The notes under the pieces were generated by a model, which worked only from the letters and a program-made list of their open reading frames with translations, did not search any database and was not told the DNA's origin. This document shows, in pieces, positions 19,039 to 27,670 of a DNA stretch of 64,000 nucleotides. Positions within the stretch are counted from its first letter, which is position 1. Every line of letters starts with the position of its first letter. The DNA is from Minisyncoccota bacterium (GTDB lineage Bacteria; Patescibacteriota; Minisyncoccia; Phycocordibacterales; JBAZVT01), in assembly GCA_041660745.1 (NCBI GenBank), contig JBAZVT010000003.1:1880-65879 (forward strand), in the 5' to 3' direction. The position numbers and the translations under genes are program-made.

Positions 19039-19924
19039 AATCAAAAAACTTTATGAGATAGGAGTCGATTTCTCGTTGATCCATATCGTAAAAATTCTTT
19101 TTATCTCGGTAGAGTTTTTTGGCGAGACTCTCTCCGACATATCTCCAATGCCAAGGTTCATATTGATAATAAGCATTGTTCTGCGGGTATGAAAGTATAA
19201 AACCATATTTATAGGCATTATCTTGAAGCCATTTGTATGCAATCGTTCCATCAAATTGAGAATAATCTGAACCTAATTTGGCGGTGGTGAGATCAACTGT
19301 TGTTCCGAGTTGGTGTTCAGAATATCCCTGGTCTGCAGAGAATTTATTCGCGCCCGCACCATAGATCACTTTGTAGCTCGAGTTTAGTGAAGTCTGTTCT
19401 CCAAAAGAGCGGTATGCAGAGATGATTCGTAAGTCAGTCCCTGTAGCTTGTACGTCCTCTAGCATTTCTTTTAGGTGGGGCCAAACACCAGATAGTATTT
19501 CAAGGGGGCGTTCTTTGTTGTTGAGATATTCGGTGGAGATTAGCCGCAGTCTTTTGGGTGTGTAATGTTCGTTAAGAAAAAATACTTTTGAATATTTTTG
19601 TAATAATTGTTCGTCTATTGCGTTAAGTTTTTCTAACTCACTAACAGAGCTAGAAATATCTTCAATCTGTTCATTAAAAAGATTGTTCTTCTCTTGTTCG
19701 GTAGCAAGGGCCTCGCTTAGATTAAACTTATCGGTTTCAACTTGGGTCAGTTTTTCGCTTAGGTCTCTATTGAGCTGAATTTCTGCTTGAAGCGCTTGGT
19801 GAGTGTTGCGTGCGATCAAATAGTAGCGGACTCCTCCCACAGCACATAACACAGTAATCCCAATAGTTATAGGGAACACAAAATGCTTATATTTTGAAAG
19901 GGATTCTGAAAAAGATGGGTTCAT
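19037..19924 (-). CDS. D-alanyl-D-alanine carboxypeptidase, VanY/peptidase M15B family, membrane-anchored with coiled-coil linker
   Basis: TM anchor, coiled-coil region, C-terminal RIISAYRSFGEQ...SEHQLGTTVDL...EPWHWRYVG motifs (Zn-binding H-x-D...H of VanY). Confidence 0.8.
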   Translation of the reverse strand: MNPSFSESLSKYKHFVFPITIGITVLCAVGGVRYYLIARNTHQALQAEIQLNRDLSEKLTQVETDKFNLSEALATEQEKNNLFNEQIEDISSSVSELEKLNAIDEQLLQKYSKVFFLNEHYTPKRLRLISTEYLNNKERPLEILSGVWPHLKEMLEDVQATGTDLRIISAYRSFGEQTSLNSSYKVIYGAGANKFSADQGYSEHQLGTTVDLTTAKLGSDYSQFDGTIAYKWLQDNAYKYGFILSYPQNNAYYQYEPWHWRYVGESLAKKLYRDKKNFYDMDQREIDSYLIKFFD

Positions 19925-19961
19925 GGGTAAGATTATACCATAAATACTGCTGCTTGTGGTT

Positions 19962-20129
19962 TTAGCCGTTACTGAGCTTAAACCCTAACCAAATGCCCCC
20001 AATCCCACCTACTGCGGAGAGCGTGATTGACCACATGGAGAGAAATCCCGCCCCCCAGAGATTTGGTACGTAGCTACCAATAGTAGAACCCACAATCATT
20101 CCGATCCAGATGAGAGATTTTGATTCCAT
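19962..20129 (-). CDS. small (55 aa) two-TM membrane protein, last gene of the ArsR-redox-permease operon
   Basis: MESKSLIWIGMIVGSTIGSYVPNLWGAGFLSMWSITLSAVGGIGGIWLGFKLSNG; ATG at 20127-20129, TAA at 19962-19964; below the ORF-track cutoff. Confidence 0.45.
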   Translation of the reverse strand: MESKSLIWIGMIVGSTIGSYVPNLWGAGFLSMWSITLSAVGGIGGIWLGFKLSNG

Positions 20130-20165
20130 GCGGATAGTATATCAAAAAATTAGTTCTTGTGTTTT

Positions 20166-21134
20166 TTAACTTAATATAATATTAAATATATAGCCCGTCG
20201 CAATAATCCCTGTAGCGACTATGCCAGCAAAAATGAGAATAAGTTGGGTTTTCATAACCTTCTTTAATATGATAAATTCGGGTAATGATAGTGCGGTGAC
20301 TGACATCATGAACGCCAACGCTGTCCCTACACTGACTCCCTTTTCCAAAAGAACACTCACAAGAGGAATGATGCCTGCCGCATTTGAATATAGTGGTATC
20401 CCTATAATTACTGCAACAGGGACGCTGTACCAGTGAGATGAGCCAATAATAGCAGTCAGGGCACTCGCTGGAACATAGCCATGAATAAGTGCTCCCAATC
20501 CGATGCCGACCAAGAGATAGGGCCAGACTTTTTTGATAATACCCAGTGTGTATTCGGAAGCAAAGTAGGCTCGTTTGGAGACGCTTATTTTTGTTTCTTC
20601 AAAATGAGCTGAAATTTTTTGTTTAAACACAAAGTCTTCGATGAGGTTTTCTGGTTTTAGGCGTCCAATGATAATACCACTCAGTATCGCGATTATTAAT
20701 CCTGTGATGACATAGAGGAGTGCAATTTTCCAACCAAACATTCCCAATAGAAGCACAAGAGCGACTTCGTTAATCATTGGAGATGATATGAGAAAAGAAA
20801 ATGTTACTCCAAGTGGCACCCCTGCCTGTATAAAACCTAGGAAAAGGGGAATAGCACTACAAGTACAGAATGGAGTAATGATTCCAAATAAAGACGCCAA
20901 GATATTACCAACGAATTCATTTTTTCTTACGAGAATACTACGTATTTTTTCCGCGGGTATAAAAGTTCTTACAAAAGAAATGGTGAAAATGATAATGACG
21001 AGCAGGAGAAGTATTTTGATTGTGTCATATATGAAGAAGTTCACAACGTGTGCAATGTGTGTTTCTGTCTGGATGTTTAAAATAGTAAAAGTTAGAAAGT
21101 CTGCAACAATTTTAATAGGATAAAATATGTCCAT
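20166..21134 (-). CDS. COG0701/DUF318 permease (ArsP-like, TPFCTCS motif)
   Basis: 8+ TM helices; conserved ITPFCTCSAIPLF motif characteristic of the YraQ/ArsP permease family; operon with thioredoxin-like and ArsR genes. Confidence 0.65.
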   Translation of the reverse strand: MDIFYPIKIVADFLTFTILNIQTETHIAHVVNFFIYDTIKILLLLVIIIFTISFVRTFIPAEKIRSILVRKNEFVGNILASLFGIITPFCTCSAIPLFLGFIQAGVPLGVTFSFLISSPMINEVALVLLLGMFGWKIALLYVITGLIIAILSGIIIGRLKPENLIEDFVFKQKISAHFEETKISVSKRAYFASEYTLGIIKKVWPYLLVGIGLGALIHGYVPASALTAIIGSSHWYSVPVAVIIGIPLYSNAAGIIPLVSVLLEKGVSVGTALAFMMSVTALSLPEFIILKKVMKTQLILIFAGIVATGIIATGYIFNIILS

Positions 21135-21146
21135 GTAAATAAATTA

Positions 21147-21389
21147 TTAAGCAGACTGTTGTAAAATTATATTTTTTATTTTCTCCATATCCGCCGTTGC
21201 TCCAACCAAGACAACCTTATCGTTAATGACAAGCACGGGGCTCTGTAAAAGTCCCATTGCCACTATTTTCTGAATATCGCTTATATATTCGATTTCTGCC
21301 GTAATACCCATATCTCTTACGGTAGTTTGTACCAACTCAAACATTTTTTTACATGTAGGACATCCTGAACCAAGCACTTGGATTTTCAC
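21147..21389 (-). CDS. thioredoxin-fold redox-active disulfide protein 2 family (CPTC motif); GTG start
   Basis: MKIQVLGSGCPTCKK... 80 aa; family typically co-occurs with the COG0701 permease and ArsR. Confidence 0.7.
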   Translation of the reverse strand: MKIQVLGSGCPTCKKMFELVQTTVRDMGITAEIEYISDIQKIVAMGLLQSPVLVINDKVVLVGATADMEKIKNIILQQSA

Positions 21390-21401
21390 GAGATATAGAG
21401 A

Positions 21402-21641
21402 TTATTTAGCGAGTAATGATTTAAATACTTCTGGTTGAAAACCAACAATGATATTGTTATCTATTTGAATTACAGGCACGCCCATCTGACCGCTTTTTTC
21501 TACCATTTCTTCACCAGCCTTTCTATCTTTGCTAACGTCAATATCTTCAAAGGGGACATTATTTTCTTTAAAGAAATCTTTTGCGTAAACACAGTATGGA
21601 CATGTTGGCGTTGAATAGACTTTTACGGTGTGGTTTTTCAT
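21402..21641 (-). CDS. glutaredoxin-like protein (NrdH/YruB type, TCPYC)
   Basis: VKVYSTPTCPYCVYAKDFF...GVPVIQIDNNIIVGFQPE. Confidence 0.75.
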   Translation of the reverse strand: MKNHTVKVYSTPTCPYCVYAKDFFKENNVPFEDIDVSKDRKAGEEMVEKSGQMGVPVIQIDNNIIVGFQPEVFKSLLAK

Positions 21642-21670
21642 ATTGTTTTTTAATTATTGTTAATTTGTAA

Positions 21671-21943
21671 TTATTTGTATTTACAGATCAATTTTTTAAG
21701 ATCTGATACAAAAGGTTTGTCGGGAAGTTGATAAAAAGTACATTTGCCTTCTTGTGTGGGGTTAAGTAAGCCGTCGCGTTCCATAATGTGTAAGTGATGG
21801 GATACAATTGCGACGCTCATGGCGAGTTCTTTTGCAATGTCTGATACGCAAATTTTTTTATTATTAAAAATAACGCATAGAATTTTTAGACGGTTTTCTT
21901 CACCAACAGTCTTTAGTGCTTGTGCTAGTTCGTTCAAATGCAT
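21671..21943 (-). CDS. ArsR/SmtB-family metalloregulatory transcriptional repressor
   Basis: ENRLKILCVIFNNKKICVSDIAKELAMSVAIVSHHLHIMERDGLL winged HTH. Confidence 0.8.
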   Translation of the reverse strand: MHLNELAQALKTVGEENRLKILCVIFNNKKICVSDIAKELAMSVAIVSHHLHIMERDGLLNPTQEGKCTFYQLPDKPFVSDLKKLICKYK

Positions 21944-22022
21944 GTTTGAATGATATACCTAATAGAAAAAGATGTCAACAAAGTAAAAACTCACACAATC
22001 TACAAATTGTGTGAGTTTTTTA

Positions 22023-23066
22023 TTAATTTTTGTTTAAAGTTATTTCTGAAGTTTTTTCTGGGGTTATAGTATTCTTGATAATATCCCAGTAGGTTGAGTC
22101 TCCTTTTTTTGTTTTTTGCCAATACCACCATTCTGATCCCCACATATAGACTCGCGATGCTCCAACACGGCGAGCGTAATTAATATTTTTTTCTAATTGT
22201 CGCGGATTCATTGTTTGTTCTTGTGTAGAAATGTCTGTGGTGAGGGGGGATCCATTATGAAACCATGGTTCACCTTGCAGTTCTGAAATAAAGAAATTAT
22301 CAAAACTGTTACCAAATAAACGTGCTTTTATTCGGTAAAGTCCTGCGGGAAGATAGTCGTAGTGCCACACGAAGCCGTAGCGAGAAATGATAAGTCTGTA
22401 TAGCGTTGAGCCGAGGATGTCTCCTGTTTTTGATGCTGAATACCATATAGACATCTCACCACTGTCCGTCATAACAATTTTACGGGTGGGATCCAATTGT
22501 CGTACGAGTGCGACTTCACGTTCAACGAGTGTTTTGTCAAAGGCATCGCAATCGCCAAAATCAAATTTGATAAAAGGCTCGTTTTCAATTTGCCAGTATT
22601 CTATGGATGGATTATTTTTGTATCTTTCAATCGCGTGTTGTATATAAGAGAGTACTTCTGACTGTCTTTTTTCTTTACTAAGTTCTCTTGCCCACTGGGG
22701 AAAATAACATTCTGGCCACCGGGGTATTTTTTGTCCGACGACAAAAAGAATTTTTGTATTATGTTTTCCCGCCTCATTCACAAGATAATCTGTTTCGGAA
22801 AAATCAAATGTTCCTTGTTGGGGTTCGAGCTTATTCCAGGGAGCGGATAAGCGTATCATTGTGGGTTTGAGGTCAGCAAGTATTGCTTGATATGTTTCTT
22901 TCCAGTCAAGGCCGAGAGACTCAGCGTATTCTGGACTGAAACTTACGCCAAATCGGGTGTTGGAGATATTATAAGAAAGAGTCCATAGAATCCCATATAT
23001 AAGAATGAGTATACCTATCAGTATTACGAGTATTCTTTTAATATATTTTAAAATTTTTTTATACAT
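22023..23066 (-). CDS. membrane-anchored glycoside hydrolase, clan GH-A TIM barrel (family unresolved)
   Basis: N-terminal TM; WQIENEP motif (GH-A catalytic acid/base NEP), WGSEWWYW aromatic C-terminus; last gene of an operon with GT28 and a membrane protein. Confidence 0.5.
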   Translation of the reverse strand: MYKKILKYIKRILVILIGILILIYGILWTLSYNISNTRFGVSFSPEYAESLGLDWKETYQAILADLKPTMIRLSAPWNKLEPQQGTFDFSETDYLVNEAGKHNTKILFVVGQKIPRWPECYFPQWARELSKEKRQSEVLSYIQHAIERYKNNPSIEYWQIENEPFIKFDFGDCDAFDKTLVEREVALVRQLDPTRKIVMTDSGEMSIWYSASKTGDILGSTLYRLIISRYGFVWHYDYLPAGLYRIKARLFGNSFDNFFISELQGEPWFHNGSPLTTDISTQEQTMNPRQLEKNINYARRVGASRVYMWGSEWWYWQKTKKGDSTYWDIIKNTITPEKTSEITLNKN

Positions 23067-23083
23067 ACTATGTTAAATCAGCT

Positions 23084-24004
23084 CTAAAGAAATAAAAGAC
23101 CCGTAACGATAAGTACTATTGCTAGCGTCTGCATGATAAATTCTTTTCGAGTAAAATCTTCGGAGAATATTTTAGGGCGCATTTTTGTAAGAAGAAATAT
23201 AAAAATAAATACAAGGACATATTGTAAGCCAGCAAGCGCATTGACGATTGCCACACTTCCTATTGCAATAGCGTATTGAATACAGAGGGTGGAAACAATC
23301 CCAAGAGTTTTTGTTGTTGCAAACTTTGTGATTGATCCTTTTTGTTTTTCTACAGGTTGTTGCTGTGACTGTTCTGGAATGGCAACTTTTTTGTTGAATA
23401 TTTGTTTTCTAAAGCGGGGAATTAAAATAATGGCAATACCAACAATTCCTATTGAGCTTTTTGTCCAGATGAGTCCATTAATGAAGGGGTAGAGGGTGTA
23501 GATGTGTTTTGCGGAGATGTGTGAAAATGCAAATAGTAATCCGGAAATTATCGCCCACAGGAAGCCAAGATAGAGACCTTTTTCTCTATTGCTTTTTTCA
23601 TAGGAAAGAAAAAAGCTTGCGCCAATGAGAAGGGTGAGTCCTATTTTTTCATGCGGACTAAATGATGTGTTGAGTACAAAATACGAAAGAATAGCAGTTG
23701 CGACTGCGACTACCGCACCGACAAGTGGTGTAAGGTGGCTCGCTTCTCCGTGTCTGAACGCTATGTACATGGCCCACACTCCAAGACCGAAAGATATACC
23801 TGAGCCGAGCGACCACAACAAGTCTATGTTGTGTGGAAATCCAAAAAACGGTAGAAGGACTACAGTTATTGCTGAGAAGATTGTTGTGTAAAAAGCATAT
23901 ACTGCCGGATGTTTGAAGTTTGTTGTCAGAATACTTTTGTCTAATATTGAGACAAAAGCTAGAGCTGCATATCCGACAGATGCAAAGATAAATGAAGTGA
24001 TCAT
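23084..24004 (-). CDS. polytopic membrane protein (about 10 TM; DMT/EamA-like, function unknown)
   Basis: Hydrophobicity pattern only; 4-nt overlap with the upstream GT28 gene. Confidence 0.4.
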   Translation of the reverse strand: MITSFIFASVGYAALAFVSILDKSILTTNFKHPAVYAFYTTIFSAITVVLLPFFGFPHNIDLLWSLGSGISFGLGVWAMYIAFRHGEASHLTPLVGAVVAVATAILSYFVLNTSFSPHEKIGLTLLIGASFFLSYEKSNREKGLYLGFLWAIISGLLFAFSHISAKHIYTLYPFINGLIWTKSSIGIVGIAIILIPRFRKQIFNKKVAIPEQSQQQPVEKQKGSITKFATTKTLGIVSTLCIQYAIAIGSVAIVNALAGLQYVLVFIFIFLLTKMRPKIFSEDFTRKEFIMQTLAIVLIVTGLLFL

Positions 24005-25356
24005 AAGAAGTGGATATCTTGTATCTCTGTTTTGGTGCCTTGAGTAACGACGTTTATAATATTTTTTGTGCCATGTTTCGGACCATTCAAATAACCGTCC
24101 AGCGCTCCTTCAGCGAGAAGTCCTGAATTAATCCAGTCAAAAAGCCATTGGTGGGTATATCGTGAATCATCCTGCTGGAATCCAGCACCAATCATTTGCA
24201 ACCAAGATTTGTTGAATGTTTCTTGGGATCCGACAGTTGGTGCCATGATGATTGGAAGTCCGAGTCCTGCGTAAAATGAAAGCTCGCTCGGTTTTGTCCA
24301 GAGTAGATCAGTTTCTTGTAGGATCATGTCGAACTCCTTGAAATATTCAAATTTGTTTTGGTTGTATATAATCTGTATTCCGTTGTTATAGAGATCTTTT
24401 AAATTATTTTTTTCAATTGCTTCTTCAAATTTTTCTTTAATTATTTTTGATGAGCCTGCTACGAGATTTATTTTGATGGCCCCTTTTTTAATAGCTTCTG
24501 ATAGGGATGAGAGAACTTGAATACCGATTTCACTCTGTGCTCCAGCACCACCAATAGCGAAAGTGATTGTGATAGGAGTGTTGTCATATATCGCTCGCTT
24601 GATTTTTCCACAGTGTGCAGAAATAGTTTTGTTGAATTTTTTTTCAAAAATACCACGTGGGTCAAGTTTAATTATTCTGCGAGAAAGAGCCTTGAGTAGA
24701 ACATTGTCAGTATCGTCTGTTCCAATAAGTTCTTCAGGAAGCGGAAAACCAGTCACAATTATTTTTTGAGAGTTTACGCCATACATCTGTAATCGTTCTT
24801 GCACTCGGCGAGTTGGGGCAAGATAGGTAATTCTGCTTGTCTCTGGATTTAAAGGTGCCCACGCACGAGAGATATCGGTATCCGTGCAAAGACAATAGAT
24901 GTCACCGGCATATCCATGTTCTTCGGCAAAAAAGGCTGCAGTAAAAAATGTCGCCACAAAAGGGAGGGGTTTTTTGTTGAGAGTATCTATCAGATCTTTT
25001 CCAAAACCTTTATGTATTGCTCGGTATGTTTTTTGTAGTTGGGCTGTTGGTTTTGAAAGGTCTCGTTTTGGGTAAAACTGTTCAATCGTCTGAAAGAAAT
25101 CTAAAATACCGAAGATTATTTTCCCAACAAGAGGAAAACTCGTCATTTTGGAAAACCAATTATATCTTTTTTCCATTGTGTCCCAGATAATTTTATCGCT
25201 TTGTGCAATGCCGGGATAATTGTTTGCTGCGATAATCATGGGTTCTTTTATATTCCACTGTGGTGGTGTGGTTGCAATTGAAAGGAGGGGAAAACCGGCT
25301 CGCTGGTGTCCATATCCCATATCAACAGCGACTACGTATACATGTTCATGTTTCAT
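24001..25356 (-). CDS. GT28-family glycosyltransferase (MGDG synthase / UgtP / MurG-like)
   Basis: N-terminal VYVVAVDMGYGHQRAG motif resembling the GGGH motif of monogalactosyldiacylglycerol synthase/MurG N-domains; C-terminal Rossmann-like domain. Confidence 0.5.
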   Translation of the reverse strand: MKHEHVYVVAVDMGYGHQRAGFPLLSIATTPPQWNIKEPMIIAANNYPGIAQSDKIIWDTMEKRYNWFSKMTSFPLVGKIIFGILDFFQTIEQFYPKRDLSKPTAQLQKTYRAIHKGFGKDLIDTLNKKPLPFVATFFTAAFFAEEHGYAGDIYCLCTDTDISRAWAPLNPETSRITYLAPTRRVQERLQMYGVNSQKIIVTGFPLPEELIGTDDTDNVLLKALSRRIIKLDPRGIFEKKFNKTISAHCGKIKRAIYDNTPITITFAIGGAGAQSEIGIQVLSSLSEAIKKGAIKINLVAGSSKIIKEKFEEAIEKNNLKDLYNNGIQIIYNQNKFEYFKEFDMILQETDLLWTKPSELSFYAGLGLPIIMAPTVGSQETFNKSWLQMIGAGFQQDDSRYTHQWLFDWINSGLLAEGALDGYLNGPKHGTKNIINVVTQGTKTEIQDIHFL

Positions 25357-25443
25357 ATAGATAGATTATAGCAAGTAATCTATCTGTTGTGCCATGATAT
25401 AACTGTGAATAATAGAGCCTGTTTACAATCTAATGTTTGAAAC

Positions 25444-25487
25444 AAAAAAGACGAGCGAGTTTTGGAAAACTCGCTCGTCTTTTTTGG
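25444..25487. terminator. bidirectional rho-independent terminator
   Basis: aagacgagcgagtttt-ggaa-aactcgctcgtctt flanked by A6 and T6. Confidence 0.8.
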
Positions 25488-25497
25488 TATGTAATAA

Positions 25498-25653
25498 TTA
25501 CAAGCTGAATGTGGTGCCGAGGAAATATGGCCAAAGGATAATGGCGAGTACTCCTTTCCAGAAGGCGAGGTGAAGAAAGCCTATGGTGAAAAGCCATGCT
25601 CCTACCCATAATAACCCCGCACAACCACCTTGATTGACGTTTATTTTTTGCAT
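25498..25653 (-). CDS. putative small (51 aa) two-TM proteolipid (Pmp3/YqaE-like?)
   Basis: MQKINVNQGGCAGLLWVGAWLFTIGFLHLAFWKGVLAIILWPYFLGTTFSL; inner part of ORF 25498..25800; weak call. Confidence 0.3.
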   Translation of the reverse strand: MQKINVNQGGCAGLLWVGAWLFTIGFLHLAFWKGVLAIILWPYFLGTTFSL

Positions 25654-25724
25654 GGTTTCAGTGTATAATTTTTTTATGTGAAATGAGGGAAGAGTTTTAT
25701 TGCTATGGTAGGATGAGATAAGTA

Positions 25725-25763
25725 TAAAAAATCCGTCGGGAACCACTTGGTGGTTCCCGACGG
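25725..25763 (-). terminator. rho-independent terminator downstream of the purH fragment (minus strand)
   Basis: ccgtcgggaaccac-ttg-gtggttcccgacgg perfect 14-bp stem, followed on the minus strand by a T-run. Confidence 0.75.
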
Positions 25764-25792
25764 GGTATTGGCTGTATGCCGAGATAGGGGGG

Positions 25793-26392
25793 TTACCCAT
25801 GCTTGACTTGCGGAGTGAGGAATCTTTGCCCGCTCGCTTTTTTCTGACGCATCCACTTCGTGATCATCCGGTCGTAGTCCGAGGTAGCTGCAAAGACCTT
25901 GATCACCAACCTCTCGCGCTGGTCTTCCGAGATAGCGCCGGTTACAGTCAGTGATGCAACCACCCACTCATAATCGGTAGGATCAATGACCGGGATTGTC
26001 GAGATCCCGTTCTTGGACGCTGCGCGGATGAGCGAGGGGCCGCCGATATCAATCTCCTCAATGTCAGGTTTGTTCTTGAAGTCGTACAGATTGACCACGA
26101 CGAGATCAATCAGGTCGATGTGGTGCTCGACGAGCGCCGCAAGGTGTGCGGGAATGGCTCGTGCGGCGAGTATGCCGCCGAAGATGTTTGGATGGAGTGT
26201 CTTGACACGGCCGTCCAGCATTTCGGGAAAGCCCGTGACCTGCTCAATCGGAGTTACCTCGATGCCGACTGCCCGCAGTGCTTTCGCCGTCCCGCCGGTA
26301 GAGATGAACTCCCAACCTAGGGTGGCGAGCGGAAGAAGTTTTTCCAACCCACTCTTGTCCGTAACCGACACCAGTGCTCTTGGCATTGCCAT
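25793..26392 (-). pseudogene. purH: purH N-terminal fragment: MGS-like/IMP cyclohydrolase domain only (199 aa), AICAR transformylase domain absent; GC-rich, SD-bearing
   Basis: ALVSVTDKSG...STGGTAKAL...GFPEMLDGRVKTLHPNIFGGIL...VVVNLYDFK...IDIGGPSLIRAASKN matches PurH residues about 1-195; the ORF stops where bifunctional PurH continues. About 55% GC, AAGGAG SD 6 nt upstream. Confidence 0.7.
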
Positions 26393-26479
26393 GAGAACTC
26401 CTTTTTAGGATTTTCTGCCACTGAAAGCCGTGGCCGCTTAACCGTTCTGAATGTAAGACTACGTATTTAATTTTTTATG

Positions 26480-27529
26480 TCAAGATTTTGTACTCGTCCA
26501 CCACATATGAGACTCTGACGCTGGTAATGTAGACACAATATACCTCAAAGGAGATACAAGACCAAGCGACCAATGAGGACGCCTAGTGTTGTACCAAAGT
26601 AACCAATTAATGAGAGCTTCATTAAAAGCATCAATGTCATGAGCTAAAAGTTTTCTGTTTCTGTTAACAAAAGCTTCCACAACAGTTCGGTTGAATCGTT
26701 CAACTTCAGCGTTCATTTTTGGCGATCTTGGATATGTGTGAAAATGAACGATGTTGTTCTTTTCAAGCAGAACGTCAAAGTGGTCAGCAAACTCACTACC
26801 ATTGTCTGTTTGCACATGCGTAACAGGAAGTGGTGCAACATGTTTAAACTTCATCATGAAGTCAGCAGATGCTTTTGATGAATGAGAAGTATACGCATAT
26901 GCAAAAGCAAATTTTGATTCGCAATCAATACCAGTGAGCAAATATCTTTTAATACCATCGGTGAAGCGGATGACCGAATCTGCTTTAACTAGTCCTCCTT
27001 CGTGACCTTTAGAACGCAGTTTCTTGCGTTTAACTCTGATTTTCTCTCGAAAGGTATCTGATTTTGCATAGTATGAAAGTTTCGTATATTTTGGAAGTTT
27101 TCCTTGTTTCTTGAGATCATTTAACATTCGACCGACAGTAGATGCGGAGAGATCGGCAACCTTGTCTTCTTTCATGAGTACCGCCAGTTTGTCTTTGGAA
27201 AGTCTTGGATCATTCTGGCGTTCCTTGAGAATGAAATCTTCTACAACTTTTGGGATGACACGTTTTCTTCTTTGTTTAGGAGCAGTACTTTTTTTGTTGA
27301 GAAACTCCAGTTTTCCCATACCATCTCGAAGTTCTTTTTGCCAGCGAAAAAGAGTTGGTCTTGAAATGCCAAAGGCTTCTTTAGTGGCAGTTGTTCCATA
27401 CTTCTCCCAAAACGCTAATATCCTGCACCTTTCTTTTGCGGTTTCGCTAATCATATACTTGAAGCGTATCACACGCTCCCAAGTACTAATGAAGCCCTTT
27501 GTTCCTCTAAATTTATTGAAAATGCGCAT
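26480..27529 (-). CDS. IS481-family transposase (HTH + rve integrase core, DDE)
   Basis: N-terminal HTH; TGIDCESKFAFAYAY...HVQTDNGSEFADHF...YPRSPKMNAEVERFNRT integrase-core motifs. Confidence 0.85.
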   Translation of the reverse strand: MRIFNKFRGTKGFISTWERVIRFKYMISETAKERCRILAFWEKYGTTATKEAFGISRPTLFRWQKELRDGMGKLEFLNKKSTAPKQRRKRVIPKVVEDFILKERQNDPRLSKDKLAVLMKEDKVADLSASTVGRMLNDLKKQGKLPKYTKLSYYAKSDTFREKIRVKRKKLRSKGHEGGLVKADSVIRFTDGIKRYLLTGIDCESKFAFAYAYTSHSSKASADFMMKFKHVAPLPVTHVQTDNGSEFADHFDVLLEKNNIVHFHTYPRSPKMNAEVERFNRTVVEAFVNRNRKLLAHDIDAFNEALINWLLWYNTRRPHWSLGLVSPLRYIVSTLPASESHMWWTSTKS

Positions 27530-27575
27530 ATGAAAACTCTAATTAAAGAGTCTCATATGTTTCTGAACTTATGCA
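26480..27575 (-). mobile_element. IS481-family insertion sequence (about 1.1 kb) with 14-bp terminal/subterminal inverted repeats ACATATGAGACTCT
   Basis: Single DDE (rve) transposase ORF. acatatgagactct at 26503-26516 and its reverse complement agagtctcatatgt at 27548-27561. Exact ends and target-site duplication not resolved. Confidence 0.7.
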
Positions 27576-27670
27576 GGTTATGGCAAAAAACGCCTTAGCA
27601 GGAGAGCCCCAAGACTAACTGTTGAAAAAAGCCTCAAAAGTGCTAAGGTGTATACATACAAACTTATACC

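Noticed and set aside
26503-27561. Exact IS481 termini and target-site duplication
   Set aside because: Only a 14-bp inverted repeat core could be aligned; flanking bases do not show an obvious 4-6-bp direct duplication, so element ends are given approximately.
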